64,000 nt of DNA, from NCBI GenBank assembly GCA_977017575.1, contig CDRNVI010000014.1:310001-374000 (forward strand), in the 5' to 3' direction. The translations under genes and the position numbers were made by a program. Within the stretch, counting starts at the first letter, position 1, and the number at the start of each line of letters is the position of its first letter. This DNA comes from Paramoeba atlantica (taxonomy: Eukaryota > Protista > Discosea). Shown here piece after piece: positions 34,286 to 46,958 of the stretch. The notes below the pieces were generated by a model. It did no database searches. It was not told the origin of the DNA and saw only the letters and a list, made by a program, of their open reading frames with translations.

Positions 34286-36791
34286 AATGCGTTTGAAAAA
34301 ATTATGATAATTTAAGAAAATCAGAAAGATAAATAAGTTGAATCCAGTAGTTCGAAAAAAAGCATTCGCAACACATTACACATGCATTATTACACTTCCA
34401 CTCATACCGTAAACGCCTTGAAAGAATAAAAAATCAAGTATTTATTCTGCAAGCTACTATCCACCGAGGCCTCGGAGGGTCAAATGTAAACCGCGGTTTC
34501 GCGCGGTTTCGGCATGGTTTCGCGCGGCTTCGGCACGGTTTCGCACGGCACCACCCGCAGCCCCTCATATGTTCTTTCGACAGATTTATAATTATTTATG
34601 AAAGGGATAGTACACATAAAATATAAGGTTGGATAATTCGTAATTCCAACAGTAATACAGTATACACAATTTTATTCCAACAGTATACACAATTTTATTA
34701 TTCCAACAGTATACACAATTCAAATTGCTAACGCAAAGCTTACATGAAAACTTTCTACAGCTTTTCATATTTTTACTTCGTTCTGGCTTTTTTCTTCTTT
34801 GCTACTTTTCGTATTTTTTTCGTATTTTTAACAATCTCGCACGAATTTGTTACCGTAGCACTCATGCAGCATTTAAGCATTGCACTAAAATCGAAAAAGG
34901 CTAGGGTGTTGTTCTTCTGCTTACTGTGAGTCCCACTTTAATGCGCCCATATTTTCAGAGTTTGCGCATGATACCCATTTGTAAATGGGGGTACATTAAG
35001 AGGGGTGCATAATAAAGGGGGTGCATAATAAAGGGGGTGCATAATAAAGAGGGTGCATAATAAAGGGGAGAGAAACAGATGAACGATGAAAAGTTCAGAG
35101 TAACAATATTCATGTCACAATTTCGACATCGCTCCGATTTGTTCAACATCTTCTTGCTGTTGGCACTCCTGAGTAAAAACGACAGAAAACTCCGGCCTCC
35201 ACAAGCTGGACGTTCCCTCTCTGGATCACCCTTATGATCATCAATAAGTGGGAAAGGCATCCGTTTTTGTGTGGGGGAAGCTTAAGGTCTCTGGACTCGG
35301 TACCTCATAGGTTGTGAATGCGAGTGGGTAAAAGTCCATCCCCCTGACCGCCGCCATCTCTTCATGAGAGCGCCGTTTGATGGCCTCCGCCTAGAGTGTG
35401 GGATGGCCCCGTTGCCATAGGATGAGGCCAGTGGGTCCCTCCAAGGCCAACCTCCGGCGTTGCTGGAAAGAACTGTGTGGGCTCTCACTGTGTGGAAAGA
35501 ACTGTAAAGGCTCTGTGGGCCCCGGCGTCATACAGGATGCGTCTCAGTTTCTTAGCTGAAGGGCCTTGGGGAGGCCTAGGAGTGCGTTTTTTTGCCTTTG
35601 CCTTCCGCCTTGCACTCGAAGGGGGTGGTTCATAGGAAATCCGCTGTGAAAAAAGGTTTGTGAAGAGCGTTTTTCCCAAGGATTTCATCCCCTTAACAAC
35701 TTTTACGGCCTTATTCAATTTTTTCATAGCTGTTATAATAATTATAATAATAATAATAATTAATAATAACTATTATTAGAGCTCTTGAATTATCAAGAAT
35801 TATTACAACCTAAGAAGACAGCGGCAGGGAGTGGTAGGAGTGGGTGATGGAACGTGCGGGATGTAGGGCGTGGGGTGGGTGGGATGCGTGATCAAGAGGT
35901 GTGTGTGTGGGTGCCATCGTACGCCATCCGTACAAAGGGGGTTCCTTCCGAAGCTAGCAGGGTGCACTGAACACACAGCCACTATTAGCCACTGCATTCG
36001 CTACGCCAAACATCACCACAAATCTCACTGCATGATACAATACGATTTGAATAATGATTTTAGATCCGTACCACATGAGATAATTTTCGTTACGTTCGCA
36101 AGCTTTACGAAAACACATCAATAGCGCTAAAACTAGCAGATGGACTCAGTGACAGCATCGATGTCAATGTCGGGGTTCTTTAACCCCTTCCTGCAGTGGG
36201 CTCCTGGTGCTCCGCCCTCCGGCCTTCCCCTTCACTCATCGCTCCAAACTGAGCATGGAAAACGCAAGGGGAACGCATCCGGCTCTGCATCCGCATACCT
36301 CGGCAAGGGCATCCCCACTATGGGATGACAGGCGGAGACATACACCTCGTTTTATCTTACACACTTTACACATAGCCAAAATCCTGGATTGGCGGGATAC
36401 CACACAATCTATCACTCCATCAAGACCTCATGGTCCATACTTTTCGGGATTAGGCTGCACTTTAATTATTATTAATAATTCCTTAATAATAATTATTATT
36501 AGAAGAAAAAATTATTAATGATTTTACAGCTATGAATTTTTTCATCCAATTTTGGAAACTAATAGCCCATTGGAGAGCTCTCGAAGGATTGAATGTCTTT
36601 GGCCTATTCGGAACGCTCGAATTGAAAGATTTAATCCAATGCGAAAAACATATTGTGCTTTTCATATAAAAATATGGCAGTTTTTCATTTTTTCTCCATT
36701 TTATGCCTCAAAAGCGAGTTAGGGTAGGACTTGCCGTGGTGTTTTCCACCTTTTGCTACGTACTCTGCGAGAGCTCTCGAATGCGGTATTA

Positions 36792-39051
36792 CTGTACCCC
36801 CCCGTTTATAATAGCCGCGATTTGGCCCAAATGAACCTATAAAGGGGGGGGCGATGGAAGATTAAAAGTTGGCACCGAAATCGCCCTACATTTTGTAGCG
36901 AGGATCAAGGAATTATTCAATCGCTAAGTGGTCCCCGGCACTCTGCCAAAGTAGAATGTCTAGTACCACCCCGCGCCATACCTCGCAGAACTATGTGAAA
37001 ATTAAACCACAATCCGGGTTATTATACCTAGGGACACCTATTGTACCTCCTAGGTATAATAAGTGTCCCTAGGGTCCTTATTATACCTCCCCCCCCCTAC
37101 CGCTGATCAAACATCGAATACGTATATAATTGAACATACATTTAATACATGTGCTACGAGGATACCCTCCATAATATTTCTGGCAACCGAGAAACAGAAA
37201 CAAGCGATACCAATGAATCCGATACCACGAACGAAGAGTTCGGCGATGGAGGGAATGAATCACCCGACAACGAAAATGACCTTGATCTCGAAGAAGTAGA
37301 TTTCTCTAATATATTTCAAGAGGAAGAGGAAAATTCAGAAATTTTGTCTGGCGTCGAAAGGGCCAATCTTCTTGAATCCTATGCACGGTTAAAAAATTGT
37401 CAAAACAAAAATGCTTCCGTCGCGGGAAAATCACCAGCAGGGAAGCAAAGACGTACGGACATATCAATGAAGGACAAGCGAACTGCCATGCGCTTGCTAG
37501 GTTCACTACAAGGCGAGACAGAGTGGTTTTCCAAACTACAGCGAGAGTTGTACCTTACTACACGAGGTCGAGTCTTTTTATCCGGTCGCTCGCAACTACA
37601 AAGCTGGAAACGTCAAACAGAGAATTCATCCCGTGGCGACGGATGTCGTAAAAGATTAAGAGGGGAAAACGTTGGAGAAGACGATGTTGGATCTGAGCTT
37701 TATAGATGGTTCTCTAGTCTTCGAGCGCAAAACCTCCGCGTTTCAGTTGCCACTACAAAGCTCAAAGCTCGAACACTGAAAGGCGAATCTGTAACCAGAA
37801 AATGGTTTTCAAAGTGGAAGAAACGACACAGTATTGTATTGCGGTCTGTTCAAAGACGAACCACCAAAACACACGAACAGATCGTAGCTTGTATTCAAGG
37901 GTTTCATCAGTTTCTATACTCTATTCGTCTATCTCGGTGCATTGCCATAATCATCAACTTTGATGAAATACCCTTTTCATTTAGCGGAAGCATGAACTCC
38001 AATTCAACGCTCTCCGAACGCGGAACCACGAACGTCATGGTTTCGGAGGACCCCAATTGGGATAGGCGTTGCTGTTCTTTCATCGCCTCAGTTGCGGTCA
38101 TCAAACGAGGAGCTGGGTATTCTCCTTTGCCAATACGTTGTACTGTTCTTCTGCGACGTTCTGCGAAAAAACCTTGGACTGTGAGCAACCCGTTCGGATG
38201 GCAAGTCCTCGAGAGTCCAACGGGTGTCGTTACTGGATCTCTGATGGCCAAGCACGTGATACCTTTCATGAAGAGTCAAATTGCTCCACTTTTGTCTAAT
38301 GATGAAGTATGCTTGAGTATATTTGATAGCGCCAGAGGACATTTGACCGATCTTGCGAAAAATAGAATGGGTGAATTTATGTTATTGGGGGTCATACCCG
38401 GTGGCATGACACAATTTCTCCAGGCCATTGATGTAAGCTAGATTTCGTCATGAGTACTCCGTAAATCATTATCAACCCTGGTTACAACAGGGGCACAGAA
38501 AGATCGCATCAAAGGCAGGTGCAGAACTTATGTTGCGTTGGATGGGTGAAGCCCACCAAGAAACCCTACATGAAATTGATATTGTCAAGAATTTTAACCA
38601 GTTGGGGTATAGCAACCACGAAAACATTCATATTCGTGGCATTTCATATTCTTTCACCCCCGAAGCTACAGAAAACGAAGTTACCCCCGCGCCTCACCCC
38701 ACTCAAGCACGTTTTCGAAGTACAATTCATGATTATTTTTCACAGGCACAAGAGGAAAACTAGCCAATGTATCATGCGAGTTTGTGGGCAATGTAAAGAC
38801 GTACGCGCCGCGAAGCGGCGCGAAATTTTTTTTACCCTTTTTCGCAAAGAAAAGTTATTATACCTAGGGACACTTATTATACCTAGGGACACTTATTATA
38901 CCTCCTAGGTATAATAACCCGGACGGTGGTTTAATATCAAAATCTTTAAGACGGTGCAAGAAAATTTAAAAAATCTTCCTCGGTTTGCCAAAAAAAAAGA
39001 ACTTATGAGGGTGGGGGGGGTCGAGGATACTATAAACAGGGCGGGGTACAG
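36792..39051. mobile_element. MITE of the 9088 family, split by the pogo element and itself inserted at a TA in a mariner-family TIR
   Basis: 36792-37001 plus 38935-39051 rebuild the 9088-9416 MITE. The outer flanks rebuild GAGAGCTCTCGAATGCG.TATTATTTTCC, seen intact near 30777. Confidence 0.85.
37006..38930 (+). mobile_element. pogo/Tigger-like transposon with TIRs; transposase ORF 37149-38441 truncated by a stop
   Basis: CENP-B-like HTH (LYRWFSSLR..KWFSKWKKRH), NFDEIP, FDSARGH, PGGMTQFLQAIDV; TIR ACCAC..CCGGGTTATTATACCTAGG with subterminal repeats. Confidence 0.92.
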
Positions 39052-39199
39052 TATTTTCCGAAATTAAAAAGTTTTTACAAATTATAGACCCCAGAATACA
39101 GAAGTTGACATCCCTGTATACGTACGATCGAATGTGATACGTAAGGATTCCTTTCAATGTCTACTCGTCTTCGAGGGAGGAGCCATGTATCAACTCTCA

Positions 39200-39990
39200 G
39201 AATTTGGTGCATGCTCTAGAAATTGCGGCCATGCCCAACCTGAAACACGCTGAACTCAAGATGTAGCTAAGGATTCATTTATCGTAAAGTCGTAGCACTT
39301 TCAGATAGTGAGGTGAGCTCTCCCATTGTACAGATCCAGAAAGTAAGTTCTATCGATACTAATTGATGTCTTGGGACTGTGTGACCAGTCAATGGACCTT
39401 CTGCAAGTCCGCCTTTTTAGAAGTTTCTGTGGGTAACACTGGGTAGCACAGGTTGCACTGGGTAAATTATTTTCAAAAAATATTCATTTAATCTACCGGT
39501 GACACACTTTTTAACGTACTGTGACCCCCCCCTTTATACTTCGCTGGTCAGCCCCCCCTTTATACTTCGTTTTTTGTATGGCCCCCCCGAAGGGGGGACG
39601 ATTTTTTTTAAATTTTCGTAATTTTTCTAAAGTTTTAAGAAAAAAACAAGAACGTTCTAAGCCTTTCCTTCTAGAAATGGAAGGTGATATAAAAGGAAAA
39701 TTGCTTTATGACCTTGCAAAAGCCTTCTGTGGGTACCACTGGGTAGCACAGGTTGCACTGGGTAACACAGCGTACACACACTGGGTAACTGCAGAATCTC
39801 CACTAGTGCCCTTGCCTCGCATGAACGAAAGGTTGATTCACTTTATTTCGTTTTGATTATTGCACGTGACGCCTGTCCACTTGCATGCGGATGCTTCAGT
39901 GAACCAGGGTTCGGGCGGCTCCCTAACCCCTCGGAAAAAACGTGCCATATCGTATTCTTGAGGTAAGCTGTGACCACGCATCTTAGCTGT
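39200..39990 (-). pseudogene. LRR-protein pseudogene
   Basis: W....ACKWTGVTC cap like the 44693 gene, with NLLSGSVQWE..LKVLRLYD remnants broken by stops; part is duplicated near 8144-8245. Confidence 0.55.
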
Positions 39991-40810
39991 GGCTATGATG
40001 GAGTATCTGACATGGAAAAATATAATATTAATAAGACGAGCTAAAAAGTGTATATGGAGCAAGCGTAACACCCTTAGACTTCCATTTGAAACCGCACGAA
40101 AGGCGTGCTCAATCACCACTCTCAACTCCTCACGTGTATACTATATTGTACACTATATTGCTAATCTCCCCAAATTAAAATATTTTCAACTACGTACTAG
40201 GCTAGTGAGGGGCTGCGGGTGGAACCTCGCCTCCCGCAGCCCCTTTAGAAGGGGCTCAGTGTGCATCATATCGTACTAGTCTAATACAACGGTAACGGAT
40301 CATCCTATTCACAACGGCTTCTTTTGAAATTTTGAAATTGGAGGTTATAATAAAAATAGTAAAAATTCGATACCTACGTGACGTACCCTGGCATCTGCGT
40401 TGCTGATTTCCATCGAGCAAACACGGCGTAACCTTACAAAGCCTCCTTTTCGCGCGTTGGTATTCCCCTGCCACGGACAGGTACCGCACTATACACAGCG
40501 TTTCGTTCTTTAAATCAACCACTAGGGCTCTACACATCACCCCTCCTATCTACAAGCACACCTACCCACGGGGCCGCGTCTTACCCTCTCACCCCACCTA
40601 CCCTCTCCGTTCCCTTATCCTGAATGCTACGCTCTCCACGAATGACTCACTTCTTACATTTATTCACAAGTGCGGGAGGAGACACACCCTGCCCCTCCTA
40701 TACCTTCCAAAAAAAAAACCCTTAACCTTGTTCCCAGCTCCCCCTCCCCCCTTCCCTCAACCTTCATCCGTATGTACCTCAGCTACCCGCACCCCCACCC
40801 CCTACCCCCC

Positions 40811-41881
40811 TCAATGCTTCAACACCGACAACAACCGCAACAGCTTTGTCAACAACACCATCGCCCCCGCCTGGTGACACAACGCCAACTGAAACTGCAC
40901 CGCGCTCATCAACGTCCCTATCCCCAGCCCCGCCTGCAGCAACACCATCACCTGCACCGGTCTCAAGTAAGGCCCCAACCCCGGGGTGTGCCGCCCCACC
41001 CGGGACAGCACCCCCACCGCCACCACACTCCCCAGCGCACTTGCCTTGTGCCACACCTGGGACGCGGCCACGTTTTCAAACCCATTCCGCCAGACCGGGA
41101 CCAATCCGGTGAGCTCCCCCCACGGGGGGACCACCACCCCGGGGGGTCCCATCCACGGGAACGCGTTGTACACCCTCCCCGCGTCCAGCCCCGCGACGCT
41201 GGCCCCACTGACCGCGCTCCCCGCCACGGCCCCGAGCGCGACCAGGGCCGCCACCCGGGTCCCGATCGCCCGCGTCGCGCACACGGTCCGGGCCCGCGGG
41301 CTGTAGCTCATGGCCAGGAACACCAGGCTGGAGTAGAGCGTGAGGGCGAGGGTGAGGTGGGCGGCGAGACGGTAGGAGGAGACCGTGGCGGCCTGCGTGG
41401 AGGCGAGCCACTCGGGGGCGAGACCGCTCTGGACCATGTACCACCCGAGGGCGCCCTGGGCGCCGAACCCGATGAGGTTCAGGCCGAGGACCAGGCGGGT
41501 GGGACGGGGGAAGGTGGGGGGGGGTCGGGTGAGGTAGTAGAGCGCGGGGAGGGCGTAGAGGAGACCGACGAGACGGGCGAGGAGGCGGTGGGCGTACTCG
41601 TAGGTGTAGAGGGTGTGGAAGTGGGCGAGGGTGATGGGGTGTTGGAGGTACTGGGGGTAGGCTTGGTAGTCGCGGAAGGCGGCGTCCCAGGCGGCGGGGG
41701 TGAGGGGGGGAAGGATCCCGGAGAGGGGGGCCCACTCGACAATGGAGAGACCGCTGTCGGTGAGACGGGTGGCGCCGCCGAGGAGGACGGTGGCGGCGAT
41801 GCCGGAGCCGCAGGTGTAGAGCCAGAGGCGGAAGCGGCGGTAGAATTTGTCGGACATGGGGCGGGTGAATTTGTCGGACAT
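40811..41881 (-). CDS. COX15: Heme A synthase
   Basis: LGGATRLTDSGLSIVEW, EYAHRLLAR, QGALGWYMVQSGL, YRLAAHL, LCHQAGA; ATG at 41881 follows a polypyrimidine tract. Confidence 0.93.
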   Translation of the reverse strand: MSDKFTRPMSDKFYRRFRLWLYTCGSGIAATVLLGGATRLTDSGLSIVEWAPLSGILPPLTPAAWDAAFRDYQAYPQYLQHPITLAHFHTLYTYEYAHRLLARLVGLLYALPALYYLTRPPPTFPRPTRLVLGLNLIGFGAQGALGWYMVQSGLAPEWLASTQAATVSSYRLAAHLTLALTLYSSLVFLAMSYSPRARTVCATRAIGTRVAALVALGAVAGSAVSGASVAGLDAGRVYNAFPWMGPPGVVVPPWGELTGLVPVWRNGFENVAASQVWHKASALGSVVAVGVLSRVGRHTPGLGPYLRPVQVMVLLQAGLGIGTLMSAVQFQLALCHQAGAMVLLTKLLRLLSVLKH

Positions 41882-42354
41882 GGGGAGGGAGGAGGGGAGA
41901 AAGAAGAAAAGGAGAGGAAAGAGAAGATGCAAAAACAGAAGGGTGGGTTGGTTCAGAGGGGAATCGGGGAGTAGAATAAACTTACTAGATAATGAAGAAA
42001 GATCAAAAACGGTGTAAAAGGAAAAAGTCCTGAATGTGCGACGTTTGCTCATGACGTAGAAAAAGGGAAACAACGCAAAAAAATACAATCAAATGGACAG
42101 AAAAGCCGCACTTTCTTCCACATGATGGAGAAACTCACCATTGAAAGAAGCAACATGGATAAATAAACAGTACAAAGCAAAAGAAACTTATGAAAAATAA
42201 TAAAGATGATCGAGTCAATAAAGAAAAAAATATTTTTCAAGGCTACACAACCTCCTTCCGGGTTTGCCAGTGTCATAGGAACCCCATTCAATGCAACAAC
42301 CTCCTTACGGGTTTGCCAGTGTCGTAGGAACCCCATTTATTAATCCGAAACTAT

Positions 42355-43530
42355 TCAAAAATCTGCCTCCAGCGTAAACACCTTACTGCTTCCCATCACC
42401 CCTGCCTTCTGGTAATCCCCCACACGCTTTTCAAAGAAATTGGTTTTGCCTTGCAATGAGATCATCTCCATAAAGTCAAACGGGTTCTTCACGTTGTACA
42501 GTTTTTCGTAGCCCAGGGCGACGATGAGGCGGTCGGCGCAGAACTCGATGTACTGCGACATCAATTCGGCATTCATCCCAATCAGCCGTACAGGCAACGC
42601 GTCGCATACAAATTCCTTCTCAATTTCAACCGCTTCTCCAATAAGTCCGTGAATCGCCGACTGAGACATTTTGTGAATCAGGTGGGAACTGTATAACAAA
42701 CAAGCAAAGTCACAGTGCAGCCCCTCGTCGCGGGAGATCAGCTCGTTGCTAAACGTCAGCCCGGGCATCAACCCTCGTTTCTTTAGCCAAAAGATGGCAC
42801 AGAAAGACCCGCTGAAGAAGATACCCTCGATGGCTGCAAACGCGACCAGCCGCTGCGCAAACCCGTCCGAGCTCTCAATCCACTTAATCGCCCACTGTGC
42901 CTTCTTCGTCACACACGGAATCGTCTCAATCGCGTTAAACAGGAACGTCTTCTCCTCCGCATCCTTAATATAGGTGTCAATCAGGATGCTGTACATCTCA
43001 CTGTGAATATTCTCAATCGCAATCTGGAACCCATAAAAGCACCGCACCTCGGCGACTTTACAATCATTCATAAACCGCGCCGCGAGGTTTTCCAGCACAA
43101 TCCCATCACTGGCCGCAAAAAAGGCCAGGACGTGCTTAATAAAGTGCTGCTCGTCTTTATTGAGTTTGCTCTCCCACTCCCCGACGTCCTGGCTGAGATC
43201 GACCTCCTCCACGGTCCAGAACGAGGCCTCCGCCTCCTTGTACTTACGCCAGATGTCGGGGTACTGGATGGGGAAGAGCACGTAGCGGTTGGGGTTCTCC
43301 CGGAGCAGCGGTTCCTCGGCCTCGTGGGCGAGCTGAGGTCCCGGGGTACACTGTGCGGTGATCGGGGACATGGGCTCGTCGTTACCCTGGGGCTTCGCTT
43401 TCTTGGCGTGGGGGGAGGTGGTGGTTGTCGTGGAGGAGACACTAAGCGCCTCGGAGTATTGCGCACGTGCGATTTTCTTGCCCTCCGCGGTGACGTGGGG
43501 GTGAGGGGAGTCGGAGGGGGGAGTGGACAT
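42355..43530 (-). CDS. RNR2: Ribonucleoside-diphosphate reductase small subunit (class Ia R2)
   Basis: [59 protein letters not shown]. Confidence 0.98.
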   Translation of the reverse strand: MSTPPSDSPHPHVTAEGKKIARAQYSEALSVSSTTTTTSPHAKKAKPQGNDEPMSPITAQCTPGPQLAHEAEEPLLRENPNRYVLFPIQYPDIWRKYKEAEASFWTVEEVDLSQDVGEWESKLNKDEQHFIKHVLAFFAASDGIVLENLAARFMNDCKVAEVRCFYGFQIAIENIHSEMYSILIDTYIKDAEEKTFLFNAIETIPCVTKKAQWAIKWIESSDGFAQRLVAFAAIEGIFFSGSFCAIFWLKKRGLMPGLTFSNELISRDEGLHCDFACLLYSSHLIHKMSQSAIHGLIGEAVEIEKEFVCDALPVRLIGMNAELMSQYIEFCADRLIVALGYEKLYNVKNPFDFMEMISLQGKTNFFEKRVGDYQKAGVMGSSKVFTLEADF

Positions 43531-43704
43531 GAGAAAGATAGTGGAAAATTGAAAAAGAAGAGAAAGGGTTGAAACGCAAAAGTATGTAGCGTGCGTTGCG
43601 GTACGGTAATACGTTACGTTACGGTAGTGGTCGACGAAAGAGAGGCATGATCAGAAGAAGCGCGCAGTGCTTTTAGTGGGCACCCGCACATTCAAAATGC
43701 ATAC

Positions 43705-43900
43705 TAAGTGGCACATTGATAATGCATAAGTCATATTGATAATGCATAAGGCACATTCACAATGCATAAGGCACATTCATAATGCATAAGGCACATTCAT
43801 AATGCATAAGGCACGTTGATAATGCATGAAATTGGGCACTTTCATATTGCATACTAAGCGGCACATTGATAATGCATGGGGCACATTGATAATGCATAAG
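43705..43900. repeat. GCACATTGATAATGCATA(AG) minisatellite
   Basis: About 8 units; same family as 31140. Confidence 0.9.
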
Positions 43901-44143
43901 GCATTAAGTGGTGCGAAATTTGCTTTTAGTGCGGTCGTGAGACCATGCGAAATCACACCCGTCGCCACATGCAAAAATTTACTTCCTCTACGAAAAAAGT
44001 GTAAGGCGAACGATACTACACTGTATCACAAGGACCTCATGCATGCTCGAATGACTTTCCGTACAATACTAAAACGTTTGAGTTGGTTGCCCTCGTTTGT
44101 ACATGTAGTTGTAGATGAAAACTATTCTCCTAAAGGTGGAGTA

Positions 44144-44741
44144 CACCCACTATTGGCAATCACCCACTCTTGGAAATCACCCACTATTGGCAAACTCACT
44201 CACTGTTGGCAATCACCCACTATTGGCAAATAATTAATTACCTCAAAATTTGTTAAGATGGAATTTCTAAATGTACATTAGTAGCAACTAATGGACACCT
44301 TGAAGGCTGCGGCCATAAAGGAATTAAGTGATAACTCAGGTGATATCGGTGTAGAAGTGTACTCTGACATCGAAAGTGATTTTGCATGCGATTTCGAAGA
44401 TGACAAGAAATGTCACAACGATTTTCCTACTACCTTATACCCCCCAGTAAGAGATCCCCCAGTAAGAGAGATTTGGCTCGGGAGCCTCCACAGGAGGTAT
44501 ATATGTCGTAGGGTTGGGTGTCCGCACGTCGGGGGGCTTCGGGGGTTTTCAGTAGAAGAAATAGAACAATTTGTCGAAATTGTTGCGGTAAAAGAGGAAT
44601 TTGGAATGCGTTTGTAAAACGCCTTTGTCCAAGAGTGGGTGATCTGAATTAAAAATCACCCACTCTTGGACAAAGGGGGTAAAAATCATCCACTATTGGA
44701 AATCGCCCACTATTGGCAAACTTTTTTGCCAATAGTGGGTG
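44144..44741. mobile_element. TA-flanked TIR element with TCACCCACTATTGGCAA subterminal repeats, inserted in the LRR gene 3' end
   Basis: TA-CACCCACTATTGGCAA...TTGCCAATAGTGGGTG-TA. Confidence 0.88.
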
Positions 44742-45544
44742 TACCCCCCCTTTACACTAATTAGGTTTGTCTCTAGAGTTTCAAATAGTAGAGACACAGG
44801 CAACAAAGTTTTATCGTACTCTCCACAAAGCTCAACGTTATTTTCAAGGTTCAGCTCCTCCAAAGTGGGAGGCAGTAAATCTAATCCTGTTGCCCTCTCC
44901 AGATGATTTGATTGCAGATGAAGAACTAAAAAATTGTGAGGAAGACGACTCAAATCGATACTACCCGAAAATAGGTTATCGCTGAGATCAAGCCTTTTGA
45001 TTGATTGAGGTAAGGCAGTAAGATTCGGCGACCCAACAAAGAAATTTTTATATGCATAAAATTCCGAAAGATTCGCGGGTAACGTACTCAGATCAAGTGT
45101 ACCCTCAAACCTGTTCGCTCCAAAATTTACCTCTCTCATTTCAGGTGGCATATTCTCTAGATCTAGTGTACCACTGAATCTGTTGCTTGCCAAATCCAAT
45201 TCGTCAAGTGCACGAGGCAGAAGGCTGAGTGGCACCTCTCCCTCTAGTTCATTAGCAAAGACGCTTATAAAGCGTACTGACAAGGGTACGTGTCCCCATT
45301 GTGGAATTCCTTGAAGGTCGCCGAATCCCCAGTCGATTTCTGTAACGGCATCAGGCATAGTAGGATCGGTGCAACGAATTCCAGACCACTTACAGGCAGG
45401 CATAGATGAATTCCATGTGGGAAACTTATTTTCAAAATACTTGGTAAATAGTGTAAGTTCAACTTCTGGAGGGAAACAGGCACCACGAATCCTGCCGCGA
45501 GCAGAGCTATGTTTTTCAACGTTAGTCGGTTGATTGTCAGGCAT
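44693..45544 (-). CDS. Leucine-rich repeat protein
   Basis: ACKWSGIRC cap followed by LxxLxLxxNxFxGxLDLxxLP repeats; ATG at 45544. Confidence 0.88.
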   Translation of the reverse strand: MPDNQPTNVEKHSSARGRIRGACFPPEVELTLFTKYFENKFPTWNSSMPACKWSGIRCTDPTMPDAVTEIDWGFGDLQGIPQWGHVPLSVRFISVFANELEGEVPLSLLPRALDELDLASNRFSGTLDLENMPPEMREVNFGANRFEGTLDLSTLPANLSEFYAYKNFFVGSPNLTALPQSIKRLDLSDNLFSGSIDLSRLPHNFLVLHLQSNHLERATGLDLLPPTLEELNLENNVELCGEYDKTLLPVSLLFETLETNLISVKGGYTHYWQKSLPIVGDFQ

Positions 45545-45689
45545 TTTCTGTAATGAATGAATTGATTCGTAGATTGTCTTTGTCAAACGAGTATATTTAC
45601 TATACACGTGTACTCGATACATTACTACGTGTACAGGATATAGTACTATACAGTGTACCGTACAGTGCTAAATAAACTTTATATACTGT

Positions 45690-46066
45690 CCAAATCCAAA
45701 TCATTCCGGATTGCTCCGGATGGTCACTGGCAAGCCAGACCCTTCACAGACAGATTTGGAAGTTCCGAGGCCGACGTCCTCTACCAGTTTCCGTTTGTCC
45801 AAGGCGGTACCAACGTGCTGTTGCCAACACGCTGAATCGACGAACTGTACGTCAACACGGCTTACCCAAGAGGTGTAAGCCGGGTAAGGGAGCTGGTTCC
45901 CTGAGGGGAGGGTCCGGGAAGGTCCTCCGAGTACTGGGCCTAGTCGGTTATCAGCCCAGCCTCTTAGAGTGAGGCCGCCAGGAATATTGCGATGAGTGGG
46001 TTTGAACTCGCCGTCTGAGCACCATGTGCTTCAAACTTTGAGTTCTTGCCACTCCGCCACCTCCGC
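45690..46066 (-). mobile_element. tRNA-headed SINE-like element, copy 2
   Basis: Colinear with 33008-33390; tail GATTTGGATTTGG. Confidence 0.75.
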
Positions 46067-46958
46067 ATATATTTATACTGTAGTACCCCATATGCTACCT
46101 CGTAAATAAAGCGACAAATCAAGATTTTTATTATAGAGAACGAAACCGGTTGGAAAGTCAACTCTCTATCTCCCCTTACTCTCGTCCTTCCCGTCACCCC
46201 TTCAGCCCCTATCTGTCCATCGGTCTATGTCCCTATCTTTCCGTCTTCGTGCTCTCTCTACTTCGCGTCCTGACCCCAAGTACCCTTCTTCTGTCCCTGC
46301 CACCCTCTCCTCGCCCAGTCTCCCGAGCCGAATCTCAATTGCTGGGGGTCACCCCCAAAACGGCCAAGCCTCTCTTCCCTTCTTCTCGTCATAATATACA
46401 AATTGTACATGCTTTCTCCTGTATACCACCTCGTTGTGCATTACAATACATGAGAATTGAGTGTAAATCTCCAATTTACCAAACCATGTTCTTAATACGA
46501 CGTAAAACATTTTTGTACGTGTGCGGTGAGCAACTGGCAACATCACGCGACATCACGAAAAAGAAAATATCTGCAGCTTGATTCTGACCAGACTCTTACC
46601 ATGAAGTGATTTATTCATCTCATCCACTCTCTCCCTCCCAGTCCTCCCTCCCACTCCCACAGAGCCACATCTCTCGTGCTAAGGGTCAATCTAAAGGAGG
46701 CCAAATCTCCCTCCCTAGAAGAACCTCAACGCTAATCCGTTGAACACTCCATAACAGTTACCCTATTCATCACCCTTAAACTTCATGCTTCATTCTCACC
46801 CCTTTTTACAGAAAAATCACAAATGCAACAAGGAAGTAGAGGTAGCTCGGCACAATCCATCCCAACATCTTCGACCAAAACGGACGGCTAAGTAGGCGGG
46901 TGGGCAATGCCCATTCTCTACGAGGGAGGGTAACCTTATCCACCCCTCCCCCTCCCCC

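Noticed and set aside
40670-41974. 434-aa plus-strand ORF and other overlapping ORFs
   Set aside because: Antisense or alternative-frame shadows of GC-rich COX15.
1117-43530. Giant-virus insertion (TOP2 plus RNR small subunit)
   Set aside because: The genes are far apart among COX15, UBX and RluA on one strand with trans-splicing-type pyrimidine tracts; no capsid, packaging ATPase or viral polymerase is visible.
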